A stretch of 64,000 bases of DNA, taken from positions 1,408,001 through 1,472,000 of the forward strand of contig OZ241883.1 in the NCBI GenBank assembly GCA_965203445.1, given 5' to 3'. Below, one piece after another: positions 20,656-32,908 of this stretch (positions are counted from its first letter, which is position 1; every line of letters begins with the position of its first letter). The translations under genes and the position numbers were made by a program. The notes under the pieces are model-generated. The model made no database searches. It had not been told where the DNA came from and saw nothing but the letters and a program-made list of their open reading frames with translations. Origin of the DNA: Candidatus Oxydemutator sp. Its GTDB lineage: Bacteria; Pseudomonadota; Gammaproteobacteria; Poriferisulfidales; Oxydemutatoraceae.

Positions 20656-21134
20656 CTTCTGCGCCGCAGGTGGCGCAGCACCGCGAACACCCACGGCCAC
20701 GCCAACATGCTGCTCACCACCGGCAGCATGCCGTGCCAGTCTATCCACAATGAATCGCGCGGCATGCCGATCCATATCGAGATCACGGTGTGCAGCAACA
20801 CCAACAGCGCGACGAAGAAGACCTGCTGGTACGCCGGATAGAGGCGCAGCCTTTGGTGGAAATGCGTGGTCAGGTAGGCGATCAGCGTGTACAGCAGCGC
20901 GTGCTGGCCGAGCAGCGAACCTTTCAGCAGATCGGCGAGGATACCGACGCTCCACGCGAATTTGATATTGAGTTTTTCCGGCGCCGCCAGGCACCAGTAG
21001 ATGACCACCAGCAGTATCCATTCGGGCCACAACGGACGCGCCCACTGCGGCATCGGCAGAGTGCTCATGACCATCGCCACGAGCACCGTCGCGGCGGCCA
21101 CCCAGTAACTGACGTCGTTTGCGCGTTGCGCCAT
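20634..21134 (-). CDS. mreD: Rod shape-determining protein MreD
   Basis: PEWILLVVIYW, GILADLLKGSLLGQHAL; hydrophobic; downstream of mreC. Confidence 0.93.
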   Translation of the reverse strand: MAQRANDVSYWVAAATVLVAMVMSTLPMPQWARPLWPEWILLVVIYWCLAAPEKLNIKFAWSVGILADLLKGSLLGQHALLYTLIAYLTTHFHQRLRLYPAYQQVFFVALLVLLHTVISIWIGMPRDSLWIDWHGMLPVVSSMLAWPWVFAVLRHLRRRSYADAQG

Positions 21135-21138
21135 CGCT

Positions 21139-22023
21139 TTACTCCGACTCCTCCCGTTCCTCGGGCCACACCAGCAGCAGCTCGCGGCTGTGGATCAGGT
21201 CGGCGAGCGGCTTGGCCTGGATCACCGCAAAATTGTCGCCGGCTTCGCTGGTGACGTTCAGCACCTGGCCGACCGGGTAGTCCCCGGGATAGCGTCCGTC
21301 CAGCCCCGAGGTGTAGATGACGTCGCCCTCGCGGATGTCCGCCGTCGTCGGCACGTATTCCAGCTTCAATTGCCTCGGGTTGCCGGTGCCGGATACGAGC
21401 ATACGCAGCTGCGAGCGGCCTATCTGCCCCAGCAGCGCGTGTCCCGGATTCGAGATGAGCGTGACGTCGGCGGTCAGCGGTGTCACCGACGACACCTGCC
21501 CGATGACGCCCTTGACGTCGAGCACCGGCTGTCCCGGATAGACGTTGTGGTTGCTGCCCTTGTTGATGACGATTTGCTGCTCGAACGGGGCGAGGTTGAC
21601 GCCGACCAGCTTGGCGACGGTGATCTTGCGGTTGTCGGTCTCGGCCGGTGATTGCAGCAGCCGGCGCAGGTGGCGGTTCTCGTTCTCGTACACCGCCAGT
21701 TTTTGCAGTTCGGAGTTGAGCAGCAGGTTGTTGTAGCGCAGTCGCTCGATCTCGTGCAGCAGTTCCGAGCGCCCGCTGATGTAGTCGCGCGCCAGGTCGG
21801 CCGCCTTCGGCGGCAGATTGGCGACGGAGTGCACCAGGTAGCTGAAGAGGTCGAGGTGGCGCAGGGTGGCCTTGATGTCGAGGACGTTGTAGGGGCTGAG
21901 CGAGGCTTCGCGCCCGGCGTCGTCGCGCGCGTAGCGATGATCGTAGATCATCAGGGCGACGGCGATCGCCGCAAACAGGATGAACCTGGGCAGCAGGCTG
22001 TATCGGCTGAAAAGTTTTTTGAT
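21139..22023 (-). CDS. mreC: Rod shape-determining protein MreC (probable ATC start)
   Basis: ENENRHLRRLL, INKGS, GVIGQV, TSGLDGRYP; the frame extends upstream of the first ATG through a hydrophobic helix to ATC preceded by GGAGGA. Confidence 0.88.
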   Translation of the reverse strand: MKKLFSRYSLLPRFILFAAIAVALMIYDHRYARDDAGREASLSPYNVLDIKATLRHLDLFSYLVHSVANLPPKAADLARDYISGRSELLHEIERLRYNNLLLNSELQKLAVYENENRHLRRLLQSPAETDNRKITVAKLVGVNLAPFEQQIVINKGSNHNVYPGQPVLDVKGVIGQVSSVTPLTADVTLISNPGHALLGQIGRSQLRMLVSGTGNPRQLKLEYVPTTADIREGDVIYTSGLDGRYPGDYPVGQVLNVTSEAGDNFAVIQAKPLADLIHSRELLLVWPEEREESE

Positions 22024-22059
22024 GGCGTCCTCCGTGCCGGCGGCGTCGCTTCCCGCCGC

Positions 22060-23136
<1,077 letters not shown>

Positions 23137-23140
23137 CTAT

Positions 23141-24433
23141 GGGAATTATATACTTTAATCCGTGAGGATTAGAGTATCCATTTGACGTTTCACAGGCCAA
23201 GTAACCTTGCAACCTCCACGTCCGGCAGCCCTATTCCCGAAGGCCAATATGTTCAACGCGGCATTGACATCCGCATTATCCCGATGACCGCAAGCACTAC
23301 ATAGAAACGCCGCCTGCGTCTTTCTGTTCTCTTTATCCACGTTCCCACACTCGTTACAAGTCTGGCTCGTATATGCGGGATTGAGGTAATTCGTATTCGT
23401 CTTGTAATCCAGGCACTGGTGAAACTTGCCCCAACAAGACGCCAGAATTGCGCGGTTCAATTCAGCCTTGGCGCGGACGTTCGTTCCGGGATTGTCCTTC
23501 GTTCCCTTGGCGCTTCTGGTCAGGCCCCGGTTGTTCAACTTCTCCAGGTGAACCCGCGAATACCTGTTCGCTATATCCCTGCTTACATGATGGCACCAGT
23601 TGTGCCTTACATGATGTATCCTGCCACTCGTTACGGCATGCAACTGCTTCGCGCGCAAGTAACGGTTGGACGGCCTTGTTCCATGCTTTCTACTGCCGCA
23701 CCTGCGCCGCGCCATCATCCTCTGATAACGGCGCTTGCGCGCCTCTAATCGTTCTCTATCCGGCAACCGATATACAGAGCCATCCGAGCAGGTTACCTGA
23801 CCGACGTTGCGATCTATGCCGACCTCCCCTTCAGGTTTCACTGCTTCGGCCTGTTCCACTTCATACACGATATACGCATACCACTTGCCGCATTCCCGCT
23901 TGACCGTGCCGGACTTGGGCACACCGTCCGCATACGGGTTGTGGCCAAGCAGCAGCACCTCGCCTATCTTGGCGATATAGAGATAACGTCCCTTCAAACG
24001 GAACGCTCCGGCACATAACGGGAAACTATCGGGATGGACATACCTGGCATGGAAACGCGGCAGGCCGCCTTCCTTCTTATAGAATTGCTTGTATGCGGTC
24101 TCTATCGGCTTCAACGCCTGACGCACTATCGGCATCGAATACTCCTGCAACCAGGGCGCATAATGCCTGCGTAGTACGGTGAACAACTTACCCATCGAAT
24201 AAAACCTGTAATCTACAATTCCCAATGCAAGATTTTCCTTCCCATAGTAGATATATTCGTCCCGCAACTTGCCCACAAAATGGTTCCACACGTAACGGCA
24301 CGCACCGGCGGTTCCCGCCAACTTGCGCGCCTTGGCACGAGTGCTGGCATGTAGCCTGTATCGGATTGTTCGATGGACTTTCATTTGTCAAGTTGTCTAT
24401 ATAATCTCCCTACGGATTTAAAGTATAATTCCC
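23141..24433 (-). mobile_element. Non-autonomous tnpB-carrying element with imperfect terminal inverted repeats
   Basis: Left end GGGAATTATATACTTTAATCCGTGAGGATTA; reverse complement of right end GGGAATTATACTTTAAATCCGTAGGGAGATTA; flanks CATACTAT / TATACTAC. Confidence 0.7.
23155..24384 (-). CDS. tnpB: RNA-guided endonuclease TnpB
   Basis: HTH GACRYVWN; RuvC GIDRN / HLEKL / NADVNAALNI; YTSQTCNECG and CSACG zinc finger. Confidence 0.93.
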   Translation of the reverse strand: MKVHRTIRYRLHASTRAKARKLAGTAGACRYVWNHFVGKLRDEYIYYGKENLALGIVDYRFYSMGKLFTVLRRHYAPWLQEYSMPIVRQALKPIETAYKQFYKKEGGLPRFHARYVHPDSFPLCAGAFRLKGRYLYIAKIGEVLLLGHNPYADGVPKSGTVKRECGKWYAYIVYEVEQAEAVKPEGEVGIDRNVGQVTCSDGSVYRLPDRERLEARKRRYQRMMARRRCGSRKHGTRPSNRYLRAKQLHAVTSGRIHHVRHNWCHHVSRDIANRYSRVHLEKLNNRGLTRSAKGTKDNPGTNVRAKAELNRAILASCWGKFHQCLDYKTNTNYLNPAYTSQTCNECGNVDKENRKTQAAFLCSACGHRDNADVNAALNILAFGNRAAGRGGCKVTWPVKRQMDTLILTD

Positions 24434-24479
24434 TATACTACCAACGAACGGCGGCACGTGCAAGTGATCGCCGTGATTA

Positions 24480-24773
24480 TTGTCGACGCCGATGAAAACG
24501 GAAGAGGTCATGAAACTCGCGCGGCTTGCGCGGCTGCGAGTGGGCGCGGAGGAAGTCGAGGGCCTGGGTCGTGATTTGTCGGCCATCCTGTCTTTCGCCG
24601 AGCGTCTCGAAGCCGCCGACCTCGAGGGCGTGGAACCGCTGGCGCATCCGCTCGATATGGTGCAGCGTCTGCGCCCGGACGAGGTCGGCGAAGGCGATGC
24701 GCGCGACGCATTGCAGACCGTCGCGCCGCAGACGCGCGACGGCTTCTACGTCGTCCCCAAAGTGATCGAATGA
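24480..24773 (+). CDS. gatC: Asp/Glu-tRNA amidotransferase subunit C
   Basis: [24 protein letters not shown]; start may be the ATG at 24492. Confidence 0.93.
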   Translation: MSTPMKTEEVMKLARLARLRVGAEEVEGLGRDLSAILSFAERLEAADLEGVEPLAHPLDMVQRLRPDEVGEGDARDALQTVAPQTRDGFYVVPKVIE

Positions 24774-24795
24774 CGCCGGCGGACGGCGCCGCGCC

Positions 24796-26250
24796 GTGCT
24801 GAACCAACCGTTGAGCGCGCTTGCGCGCGGCCTGCGCGAGCGCCGATTTTCGAGCGTCGAGCTGACGCAGTTTTTTCTCGAGCGCATACGCGCCCGCGCC
24901 CCGGAACTCAACGCGTTCATCACCGTCACCGAGGAGCGGGCGCTTGCAAGTGCGCGCGCCGCCGACCGCAGGCTGGCTGCTGGCGACGCGCATCCGCTGA
25001 CCGGTATTCCCTACGCCCACAAGGACGTGTTTTGCACCGAGGGCGTGCTTACGACCTGCGCCTCGAAGATGCTGCACAATTTCGTATCGCCGTACGACGC
25101 CGCCGTCAGCACGATGCTGAAGGACGCCGGCATGGTGATGCTCGGCAAGACCAACATGGACGAGTTTGCGATGGGCTCCTCGAACGAGACCAGTTTCTAC
25201 GGTGCGGTGCGCAACCCGTGGGACCTCGAGCGCGTGCCCGGCGGCTCGTCCGGCGGTTCGGCGGCGGCGGTGGCGGCGCGCCTTGCGCCGTGCGCGACCG
25301 GCACCGACACCGGCGGCTCGATACGCCAGCCGGCGTCGCTGTGCGGCGTAACCGGCATCAAGCCCACCTACGGCCGGGTTTCGCGCTACGGCATGGTCGC
25401 GTTCGCCTCGAGCCTCGATCAGGCCGGGGTGTTCGGCGCCGGCGCCGACGACTGCGCGTTGATGCTGCAAGCCATCGCCGGCTTTGATCGGCGCGACTCG
25501 ACCAGCACCGAGCGTCCGGTTCCCGATTACGCGCGCGCCCTTGGCGACGGCGTCGCGGGGTTGCGCGTCGGTCTGCCGCGCGAGTATTTCGACGACGATC
25601 TCGACCCGCGCATCGGAGCGGTGATCGAGGACGCGGTCGGCGTGCTGCGCGGCCTCGGTTGCAAGGTTGTCGAAGTCTCGCTGCCGTCCACGCCGTTGGC
25701 GGTGCCGGCGTACTACATCCTGGCGCCGGCGGAATGTTCCTCCAATCTGGCGCGCTACGACGGCGTGCGCTACGGCCACCGCTGCGCCGCGCCGCAAAGT
25801 TGCGAGGACTTGTACACGCGCACGCGCGCCGAGGGTTTCGGCGCCGAGGTCAAACGGCGCGTTCTGATCGGCACCTACGTGTTGTCGTCGGGCTACTACG
25901 ACGCCTATTATCGGAAGGCGCAGAAGGCGCGCCGGCGCATCCGCGACGACTTCGCGCGCGCCTTTGCGCGCGCCGACGTGCTCGTCGGGCCGGCGTCGCC
26001 GACGACCGCGTTTCGCATGGGCGAGAAGCTCGACGATCCGGCGACGATGTATCTGTCCGACGTCTATACGCTGGCGGTCAACCTTGCGGGCCTGCCGGGA
26101 ATGGCCGTGCCGGCGGGTTTCGCCGGCGGTTTGCCGGTCGGTATGCAGATCATCGCGCCGCACTTTTGCGAGCGCGAACTGCTGCGCGTCGCGCACGCCT
26201 ACCAGCGCGAGACCGACTGGCACCGCCGCGTGCCTTCGGGGTTCGGATGA
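24796..26250 (+). CDS. gatA: Asp/Glu-tRNA amidotransferase subunit A
   Basis: [33 protein letters not shown]. Confidence 0.97.
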   Translation: MLNQPLSALARGLRERRFSSVELTQFFLERIRARAPELNAFITVTEERALASARAADRRLAAGDAHPLTGIPYAHKDVFCTEGVLTTCASKMLHNFVSPYDAAVSTMLKDAGMVMLGKTNMDEFAMGSSNETSFYGAVRNPWDLERVPGGSSGGSAAAVAARLAPCATGTDTGGSIRQPASLCGVTGIKPTYGRVSRYGMVAFASSLDQAGVFGAGADDCALMLQAIAGFDRRDSTSTERPVPDYARALGDGVAGLRVGLPREYFDDDLDPRIGAVIEDAVGVLRGLGCKVVEVSLPSTPLAVPAYYILAPAECSSNLARYDGVRYGHRCAAPQSCEDLYTRTRAEGFGAEVKRRVLIGTYVLSSGYYDAYYRKAQKARRRIRDDFARAFARADVLVGPASPTTAFRMGEKLDDPATMYLSDVYTLAVNLAGLPGMAVPAGFAGGLPVGMQIIAPHFCERELLRVAHAYQRETDWHRRVPSGFG

Positions 26251-27686
26251 TGGAGTGGCAACCGGTCATCGGCCTCGAGCTGCACGCGCGGCTTACGACC
26301 AGAAGCAAGATGTTCTCCGGCGCGTCGGCGCGCTACGGCGCCGCGCCCAACGCCCGCGCGTGCGCGGTGGACGTCGCGCTGCCCGGCGTGTTGCCGGTGC
26401 TGAACGAGGCGGTGCTGCGCCAAGCCGTCGCCTTCGGCCTCGCCGTCGACGCGCGTATCGCCGAGCGTTCGGTGTTCGCGCGCAAGAATTATTTTTATCC
26501 CGATCTGCCGAAGGGCTACCAGATCAGCCAGTATGAACTGCCGATAGTCGCCGACGGGCGGATCGAAATCCCGCTGCCGGGCGGCGGCGTCAAGACGGTG
26601 CGCATCGAGCGCGCCCACCTGGAGGAGGACGCCGGCAAGTCGGTGCACGAGGACCTGGGCGGCGTGACCGGGGTGGACTTGAACCGCGCCGGCACGGCCC
26701 TGCTCGAGATCGTCTCGCGCCCCGATATTGCGAGCGCGGCCGAGGCCGTCGCGTACATGAGACGCATCCACGCGCTGACCGTCTTTCTCGGAATCTGCGA
26801 CGGCAACATGCAGGAGGGATCGTTGCGCTGCGACGTCAACGTGTCGCTCAAGCGCGCCGACGCCGAGCAGCTTGGCGTGCGCACCGAGATCAAGAATCTC
26901 AATTCGTTTCGTTTCGTCGAACGCGCCATCGCGCATGAGATCGAGCGCCAGGCGGCGGTGCTCAACGGCGGCGGCGCGGTGCGACAGGAGACGCGCCTCT
27001 ACGATGCGGACAAGGACGAGACCCGCCCGATGCGCGGCAAGGAAGAGGCCGAGGATTACCGCTACTTTCCCGACCCCGATCTGCTGCCGGTGGTCGTCGG
27101 CGCGGCGCTGATCGAGGAGGTGCGCGCGTCGCTGCCGGAATTGCAGCCGCAGATGCGCGCGCGCTTCGTTGCCGACTACGGGCTGCCCGAACGCGCCGCC
27201 GAGCAACTGACCGCCTCCAGGGAGAGCGCCGTTTATTTCGAGGCGTGCGCGGCTGCGGGCAAGGTCGCGCCGAAGCTTGTCGCCAACTGGGTCACCGGCG
27301 CCCTCGCCGCGGGGCTGAACCGCGACGGCTTGCGGATAGAGGACAGCCCCGTCGCCCCCGAGCGCCTGGCCGGTCTGCTGAAGCACGTCGAAGACGGCGT
27401 GATCTCGGGCCACGCCGCGCGCGAGGTCTTCGACGAGATGTGGGGCGGCGCGGGCGAGGCCGGCGACATCATCGAGCGGCGCGGGCTTGCGCAAATCAGC
27501 GACGCCGACGCGCTTGCAAGCGTCATCGAGGCGGTGCTCTCCAGAAGCCGGAAGCAGATCGAGCAATACCGCGCCGGCAAGCAGAAGGTGTTCGGCTATT
27601 TTGTCGGCCAGGTGATGAAAGAGACCGGCGGCAAGGCAAACCCCGCCGAAGTCAACCGCCTGCTGAAAGAGAAGCTGGGAGAGTAG
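26247..27686 (+). CDS. gatB: Asp/Glu-tRNA amidotransferase subunit B
   Basis: [33 protein letters not shown]; ATGA overlap with gatA. Confidence 0.97.
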   Translation: MMEWQPVIGLELHARLTTRSKMFSGASARYGAAPNARACAVDVALPGVLPVLNEAVLRQAVAFGLAVDARIAERSVFARKNYFYPDLPKGYQISQYELPIVADGRIEIPLPGGGVKTVRIERAHLEEDAGKSVHEDLGGVTGVDLNRAGTALLEIVSRPDIASAAEAVAYMRRIHALTVFLGICDGNMQEGSLRCDVNVSLKRADAEQLGVRTEIKNLNSFRFVERAIAHEIERQAAVLNGGGAVRQETRLYDADKDETRPMRGKEEAEDYRYFPDPDLLPVVVGAALIEEVRASLPELQPQMRARFVADYGLPERAAEQLTASRESAVYFEACAAAGKVAPKLVANWVTGALAAGLNRDGLRIEDSPVAPERLAGLLKHVEDGVISGHAAREVFDEMWGGAGEAGDIIERRGLAQISDADALASVIEAVLSRSRKQIEQYRAGKQKVFGYFVGQVMKETGGKANPAEVNRLLKEKLGE

Positions 27687-27782
27687 CGCGGGATGGGGAT
27701 CGAGGAAACCCGATTCCGCCGGCGAATTATTGAACCTCTACAATCCGTCCCTCGAGAACGGACGGGGGGGCAGGCGGGCGCC

Positions 27783-28652
27783 TCAGAAAAACCAGACCCA
27801 CCGCAACGCGAGGCCGGTGTCCTCGCTCGACAACTCCTGCGGCACCAACACTCCGTTCAGGTCGAACGCGATCCAATCCTCGTCTTCGTAATCGTGGTAA
27901 TACACCTCGGCCTGAAGCGCCGTGTTAGCCGTAATTTTTTTCTCGAGGCCGGCGCCCGCCGTCCATGCTTTCATCCGTCGCCTGCGAACTTCCGTGCCGG
28001 TCAGCCGCGCGGTGCCCGCCGGGCAGGCGTTGTTGCCGTCCTCCAACGTCGGACATCCGTCGAACGAGACCGCCAGGCGCGTCCTGACGACGCGCGCACC
28101 GGCCAGGGCGTATACGCTCGATTCGCCGGCGAGCGCGCGCAGCCACTCGGGGCTGGCCCCCAATTTCAGCGTGACGCCGTAGCTTTCCTCTTTGCCGAAA
28201 GACCACGAGTCGGGCCAGCTCTCGCCCAGAAAGTTGCGCGTCGGCGTCATGCCGGCGCCCGCCAGCCGCCCGCGCGCGCTGCCGGAATGAAAGGCAAAGT
28301 CGAGTTCGCAGCCGAGATAGAGAGTTTCGCCCAAAGGAAAACGGTATCCGATCAGGGCGCCCCACGAATGGGTTGTTTCGTCCTCCGAACCCCGATCCGA
28401 GAACGTCATGCCGCGACGCGGCACCGCGACGCTCAGCGCGCTGTTGATCACGTCCTTGCTGAAAACCGGGTCTATCCGCTCAAGCCCCGCGGACACCCCG
28501 GCGTAGAAACCGCCGGGCGAGGCCGAGACGTTCGGCGCAACGACAAAAAGACCCGTCGCAAAGAAGACCGCGACAAAGAAGACCGCCCCACGGCTTTTCC
28601 GGCTTTTCCATCTTTCGACCATGCCGCACATTATATAGGGTTTCTGCACCAT
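27783..28652 (-). CDS. Outer membrane beta-barrel protein
   Basis: Signal-like segment, GFYAG, IGYRF, alternating beta strands, terminal Phe; start uncertain. Confidence 0.7.
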   Translation of the reverse strand: MVQKPYIMCGMVERWKSRKSRGAVFFVAVFFATGLFVVAPNVSASPGGFYAGVSAGLERIDPVFSKDVINSALSVAVPRRGMTFSDRGSEDETTHSWGALIGYRFPLGETLYLGCELDFAFHSGSARGRLAGAGMTPTRNFLGESWPDSWSFGKEESYGVTLKLGASPEWLRALAGESSVYALAGARVVRTRLAVSFDGCPTLEDGNNACPAGTARLTGTEVRRRRMKAWTAGAGLEKKITANTALQAEVYYHDYEDEDWIAFDLNGVLVPQELSSEDTGLALRWVWFF

Positions 28653-28781
28653 TCCCTCAGGCCGGGAGCCTGGGCGTGGAGATTACAGATACAATAGCCT
28701 GGATGTTCCACGCGGGTGATTCCTTGCGCCTGAGGCAGTCAAGTCAGGGCGCTCAAATCCGCGTCGGGCGACACGCGAAGC

Positions 28782-31382
28782 ATGAAACTTTTCGAGAAAC
28801 TGCAAGCCGATGCGTTGCGTTGGCGCAAAGGCGGCTACGACGGCACGGATACCCCTCTCATCGGCGAGATACTGCGCTGGCAGTTCGAGGGCGGCCGCGA
28901 CGAGCGTGGCGACGGCGTTTTGCTGAAATACCTGCGGGAACCGCAATTCCAGGCATTGGAAGTGTACTGGTTTGTTCGCTTGGCGTTGGGAACCCCGCAC
29001 GTCATAGACCTGTACAAAAAGTACTACGGGCACGACGACGAAGAATTTCTTAACGCGCTGGGTGTTCCGAGGTCGCGGGAAGCTTTGGATTATGCGACGC
29101 CGGATGCGGTGATCGAGAAAATCAGGAACGATGACGATTTTGTCGCCAGAAGGAGAATTCAGGCATTGCACGAGGCGGTGGTGCTGGACTATCCGAGCTA
29201 CATACTGGCGCTGGCCATGGGCGCCGGCAAGACCGTGCTGATCGGCACGATCATCGCCACCGAGTTTGCGATGTCGCTGCGTTATCCCGACGGGAAGTTC
29301 ATGAAGAACGCCCTCGTGTTCGCTCCCGGCACGACCATCATAGAAAGCCTGCGCGAACTCAGCGGTATGCCATTCGAGAAGATTCTGCCGCCCGACATGC
29401 ACCGGGACTTCATGGCCAATCTGAAAATCGAATATCCGAACGCCAAGACGAAGGAGATACAGGCGCAGGAGGGCGGCGGTTACAACCTGATCGTCACCAA
29501 TACCGAGAAAATCAGCCTGCGCGCGAAGCGCCGGAGCAATCAAAGCGACCTCGATTTCGAGCATGCGGAATTGGAGGCGAACCGCCGGTTGCAGAAGATC
29601 GCCAGCCTGCCCGACCTCGGCATTTTTTCCGACGAGGCGCACCACACCTACGGCAACACCTTCGACAAACTCAAGCGCGTGCGCGAGACGATCAACTACA
29701 TTCATCGGCAGACGCCGATAGCGGCGGTCGTCAACACCACCGGCACGCCTTATTACCGGAAACAGGTTTTGAAGGAGGTCATCGTCTGGTACGGGCTTGG
29801 AGACGGCATCCGCGACGGCATCCTGAAGGATTTGAACGACGGGATCTACCAGTACGACATAAAGGAGCAATCCGAACAGGAGGTGTTCGGCAACATTATC
29901 CAGGTGTTCTTTCAGAAGTACGGCGACGTCACGATGCCCGACGGCGCCAAGGCGAAGATCGCCTTTTATTTCAAAACCCAGGAGCACCTGAACCGATCCC
30001 GCCCCCACATAGAGGCGGCGATGGTCGAGGCCGGTCAGAGCGGCGCACAGATTTTAGTCAACACGCAGCAGTCCGGCAAAGAGGAAGTGGACGACTTCAA
30101 GCGCCTGAACAACCCCGGCCACCAGAAGCGCGTGATATTGCTGATAGGCAAGGGCGTCGAGGGCTGGAATTGCCCCAGCCTGTTCGCCTGCGCCCTCATC
30201 AAGGAGCAGGCCGGCAACAACTACGTCCTGCAAGCCGCCACCCGCTGCCTGCGCCAGGTGCCCGGCAACCCCCATTCTGCAAAAGTGTTCCTGGACTACG
30301 GCAACGCGAAAATTTTGGACAAGGAACTGCAAAGCAACTTCGGCACCGACCTCGACCGCCTCAGCGCCAGCAGAAACAAAAAGAAAACCGTCACTCTGCG
30401 CGTCGTAAAGATGAAGCTGCCGAAACTGGAGATTACCCGCACCGTCGAACGCGCCGTCCACCACGGGCGGGCACATGTGGAGATCACGCTGAAGAAGCCG
30501 AGGTCGCAGAAGCCGCCTGCGATTCTGCGCGCCGTTTTGACGCCGGATTTCAGCGGCCCCGGGGAAATTCTGATTCCGACGGGCGAGATGAAGGAGTTGC
30601 CTTCCGGCGCGAAGAAGACCGACTGCCATACCGTCGCGCGCAAGATCGTCGCCCGATACCACGTGCCGTTCCTGCCGGTTTTGCGGGCACTGAAAGGTTT
30701 GTATCCCAGGGGGCAAGTGCCGAACGGCCATCTGTACGGATTGTTTCGGCAGGTGGAGAAGCAGCAGATGGATTATCGGACGGTCGAGGAACGGGTGACC
30801 GAGATGATGGCGCTGATCCGCATGCAGGATGAGGACGGAAAGGATGTTTTTGAAAAGGACGATGATGGCGTTTACGTCCATAGACTGCGGATGCTCGAAC
30901 AGACTTGCGAGCAGATGAAGAAGGACGGGTTGTTTGCCGAAAAAGACGAGTATGACGACAAACGCAATTTGAGTTTCCATTACACGCCCTATAACCTTGA
31001 CAGCATGTCGGAGCGTTTCTTTCTCCGCCGGATTTTGTCGTTCATCAGCGTTAAACCTGCCGACGTGGAGGCGTTCCTGTTCACGGGCGGCCTGACCGAT
31101 CCGAAGAAGACCGACTTTCACTTTGAATACCTGGGCGAGGACGGGCGCTACCACCGCTACTTTCCCGACTTTGTCATTGCAAAAAAGACCGGCGAGTTTT
31201 ATATTGTCGAGATCAAAGCCGAGCGTGAGCGCGGAGACAAAACGGTGGAGGCAAAGAAAAAAGCGGTGGAAAAGTTGCAGAAAATGCAACCCGAAAAGTT
31301 CAAATACAGCGTCGTCTATGCCGAAAACACCTCAATAAGCGTACAGGAAACCAAGCCAATTACGGATTGGATAGCTTCATAG
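28782..31382 (+). CDS. res: Type III restriction (Res-like) SF2 helicase-nuclease
   Basis: LAMGAGKT, DEAHH, EGWNCP, C-terminal YFPDF..IVEIK PD-(D/E)XK motif. Confidence 0.85.
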   Translation: MKLFEKLQADALRWRKGGYDGTDTPLIGEILRWQFEGGRDERGDGVLLKYLREPQFQALEVYWFVRLALGTPHVIDLYKKYYGHDDEEFLNALGVPRSREALDYATPDAVIEKIRNDDDFVARRRIQALHEAVVLDYPSYILALAMGAGKTVLIGTIIATEFAMSLRYPDGKFMKNALVFAPGTTIIESLRELSGMPFEKILPPDMHRDFMANLKIEYPNAKTKEIQAQEGGGYNLIVTNTEKISLRAKRRSNQSDLDFEHAELEANRRLQKIASLPDLGIFSDEAHHTYGNTFDKLKRVRETINYIHRQTPIAAVVNTTGTPYYRKQVLKEVIVWYGLGDGIRDGILKDLNDGIYQYDIKEQSEQEVFGNIIQVFFQKYGDVTMPDGAKAKIAFYFKTQEHLNRSRPHIEAAMVEAGQSGAQILVNTQQSGKEEVDDFKRLNNPGHQKRVILLIGKGVEGWNCPSLFACALIKEQAGNNYVLQAATRCLRQVPGNPHSAKVFLDYGNAKILDKELQSNFGTDLDRLSASRNKKKTVTLRVVKMKLPKLEITRTVERAVHHGRAHVEITLKKPRSQKPPAILRAVLTPDFSGPGEILIPTGEMKELPSGAKKTDCHTVARKIVARYHVPFLPVLRALKGLYPRGQVPNGHLYGLFRQVEKQQMDYRTVEERVTEMMALIRMQDEDGKDVFEKDDDGVYVHRLRMLEQTCEQMKKDGLFAEKDEYDDKRNLSFHYTPYNLDSMSERFFLRRILSFISVKPADVEAFLFTGGLTDPKKTDFHFEYLGEDGRYHRYFPDFVIAKKTGEFYIVEIKAERERGDKTVEAKKKAVEKLQKMQPEKFKYSVVYAENTSISVQETKPITDWIAS

Positions 31383-31390
31383 AAAGTAAT

Positions 31391-31888
31391 ATGCAAACGC
31401 AAACGAGAACACAAATGTCGACTCATGCCAGACATATCGCGGCAAAAGTCGCCGCGGATCTGAAGAGAGTCCAGCGTATCTACGGGGTCGGCAGACCCTC
31501 GGATGCAGAAATTGATGAATATCAGGAAGAGCTTACCTTGTTGCTGGATAAGGGTTATCTGGGCACGGTGACTTATGGTTTTCAACGGAATGGCAACTGG
31601 ATTGTCGCTTTGCAATATCGAGCGATGCAAAGAGGTCTATCCAATAATGATTCCTCTGGCGGTGCTGTATATCTCGGTGACGTGGGAGAGAATTTCTTTG
31701 GCTCTTTTCTGACGTGTTCCCCCCAATGGCATAACCTTGGCCGTGATGAACAAGACGCTTTTAGAGAGTTATTGTCATTCCAAAGGACGAATGGCAATGA
31801 ACTGGTTGTCGAAGGCCGGTGGGTTGAAGGCCGCAGCTACGCTTCCGGCCCTTTGGGAGTAAGTCGCTTCATGATAAAGAGGACGTGA
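31391..31888 (+). CDS. Bacterial HORMA-domain protein (HORMA1/Cap7-like)
   Basis: THARHIAAKVAADLKRVQRIYG..PSDAEIDEYQEEL..LL.KGYLGTVTYGFQRNGNWI closely follows the type III CBASS HORMA1 pattern as I recall it. Confidence 0.85.
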   Translation: MQTQTRTQMSTHARHIAAKVAADLKRVQRIYGVGRPSDAEIDEYQEELTLLLDKGYLGTVTYGFQRNGNWIVALQYRAMQRGLSNNDSSGGAVYLGDVGENFFGSFLTCSPQWHNLGRDEQDAFRELLSFQRTNGNELVVEGRWVEGRSYASGPLGVSRFMIKRT

Positions 31889-31934
31889 AGCGCAATCAAC
31901 GCTGGTCTGCATGATGACTACCCGGAGCAAGTGA

Positions 31935-32603
31935 ATGGTCGAACAAAACTACCGAAGCATTGCTGAGCAGGAAGCCATAATTAAGCGACTCGAAAGCAGG
32001 GGAATGTCGGCAGACGAAGCATTTGACTTTGTCGCATGTTTTGTCGAATACCGCAAGGCATTTATTCTCCTGAGAGAATATGATGAAAAAGTAGAAAGGG
32101 AACAAGCTGGATCAGAAAACAGAGAAACAGAAGCGCCGGACATAGAAAAGCTTTATCTGATCATTGAAGAATTTAAGGCATGTTTAGCGTCGTGTGGTGA
32201 AAATGTAGCCAAGTTCGGTGTTCCCAATAACGGGCGTTTGGATCAGGTTGTTCATAACCTGTACCAGACCTGGGATCAGGAAGAACTGTATCCGGGTCTG
32301 GAGAATAAGGCGGCACACCTTTTTTACCTCTTGATAAAAGACCATATTTTTGTCGACGGCAATAAGCGGATCGCCTCTTTCCTGTTTCTCTGGTTTATAG
32401 AACGCCACGATATGTTGGTCGGATCGAGAGATGAAAGAACAATCCCATATAATATCCTCTATGCACTTGCTATCCATGTTGCAGAAAGTGATCCCAAGGA
32501 CAAAGATACGAATGTCCAACTCATTTGCAACATTATTGCAAGTTATTCGACATTCCTGCCAAGCGACCTGCCTGCGGAAATGCCGGGAGAACAAGAAAAA
32601 TGA
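31935..32603 (+). CDS. Fic/Doc family protein
   Basis: LYPGLENKAAHLFY.LIKDHIFVDGNKRIA (Doc-type Fic motif). Confidence 0.85.
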   Translation: MVEQNYRSIAEQEAIIKRLESRGMSADEAFDFVACFVEYRKAFILLREYDEKVEREQAGSENRETEAPDIEKLYLIIEEFKACLASCGENVAKFGVPNNGRLDQVVHNLYQTWDQEELYPGLENKAAHLFYLLIKDHIFVDGNKRIASFLFLWFIERHDMLVGSRDERTIPYNILYALAIHVAESDPKDKDTNVQLICNIIASYSTFLPSDLPAEMPGEQEK

Positions 32604-32897
32604 ACCTGTCTCAAAATCAAAGATCTCATGTATTATTCATTGCGCTGATCATATGGTACGATTGAGCGACGAGCAATGGAAACGCATACGCAAGCATTTC
32701 CCAGAAGAAAACATCCCGCCGGATCGGGCCGCAGACTGCGTCGCTGTGAAAGACGCTGGATAGTGGAGAGGTCTTTTACATGGCTACGATGGCAACGACG
32801 GTTGTCAGTACGGTGGGAGTATTACGCGCATAACTTTTTTGGCTTTGTGCAACTGGTTGCCATGATGATATTGATCAGGCAATTTTGAGACAGGCCC
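32602..32897 (+). mobile_element. Internally deleted IS5-family element (MITE-like remnant)
   Basis: TIRs CCTGTCTCAAAAT (32605-32617) and ATTTTGAGACAGG (32882-32894); fragments RLSDEQWKRI and RRWIVERSFTWL..QRRL..RWE. Confidence 0.8.
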
Positions 32898-32908
32898 ATA
32901 GAAGAAAC

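Noticed and set aside
25659-26246. Apparent N-terminal extensions of gatB (also prfA, prmC, TPR protein, proS, cas9)
   Set aside because: The ORF track uses the most upstream start; the extensions overlap neighbouring genes or elements, and better starts with stop/start coupling exist
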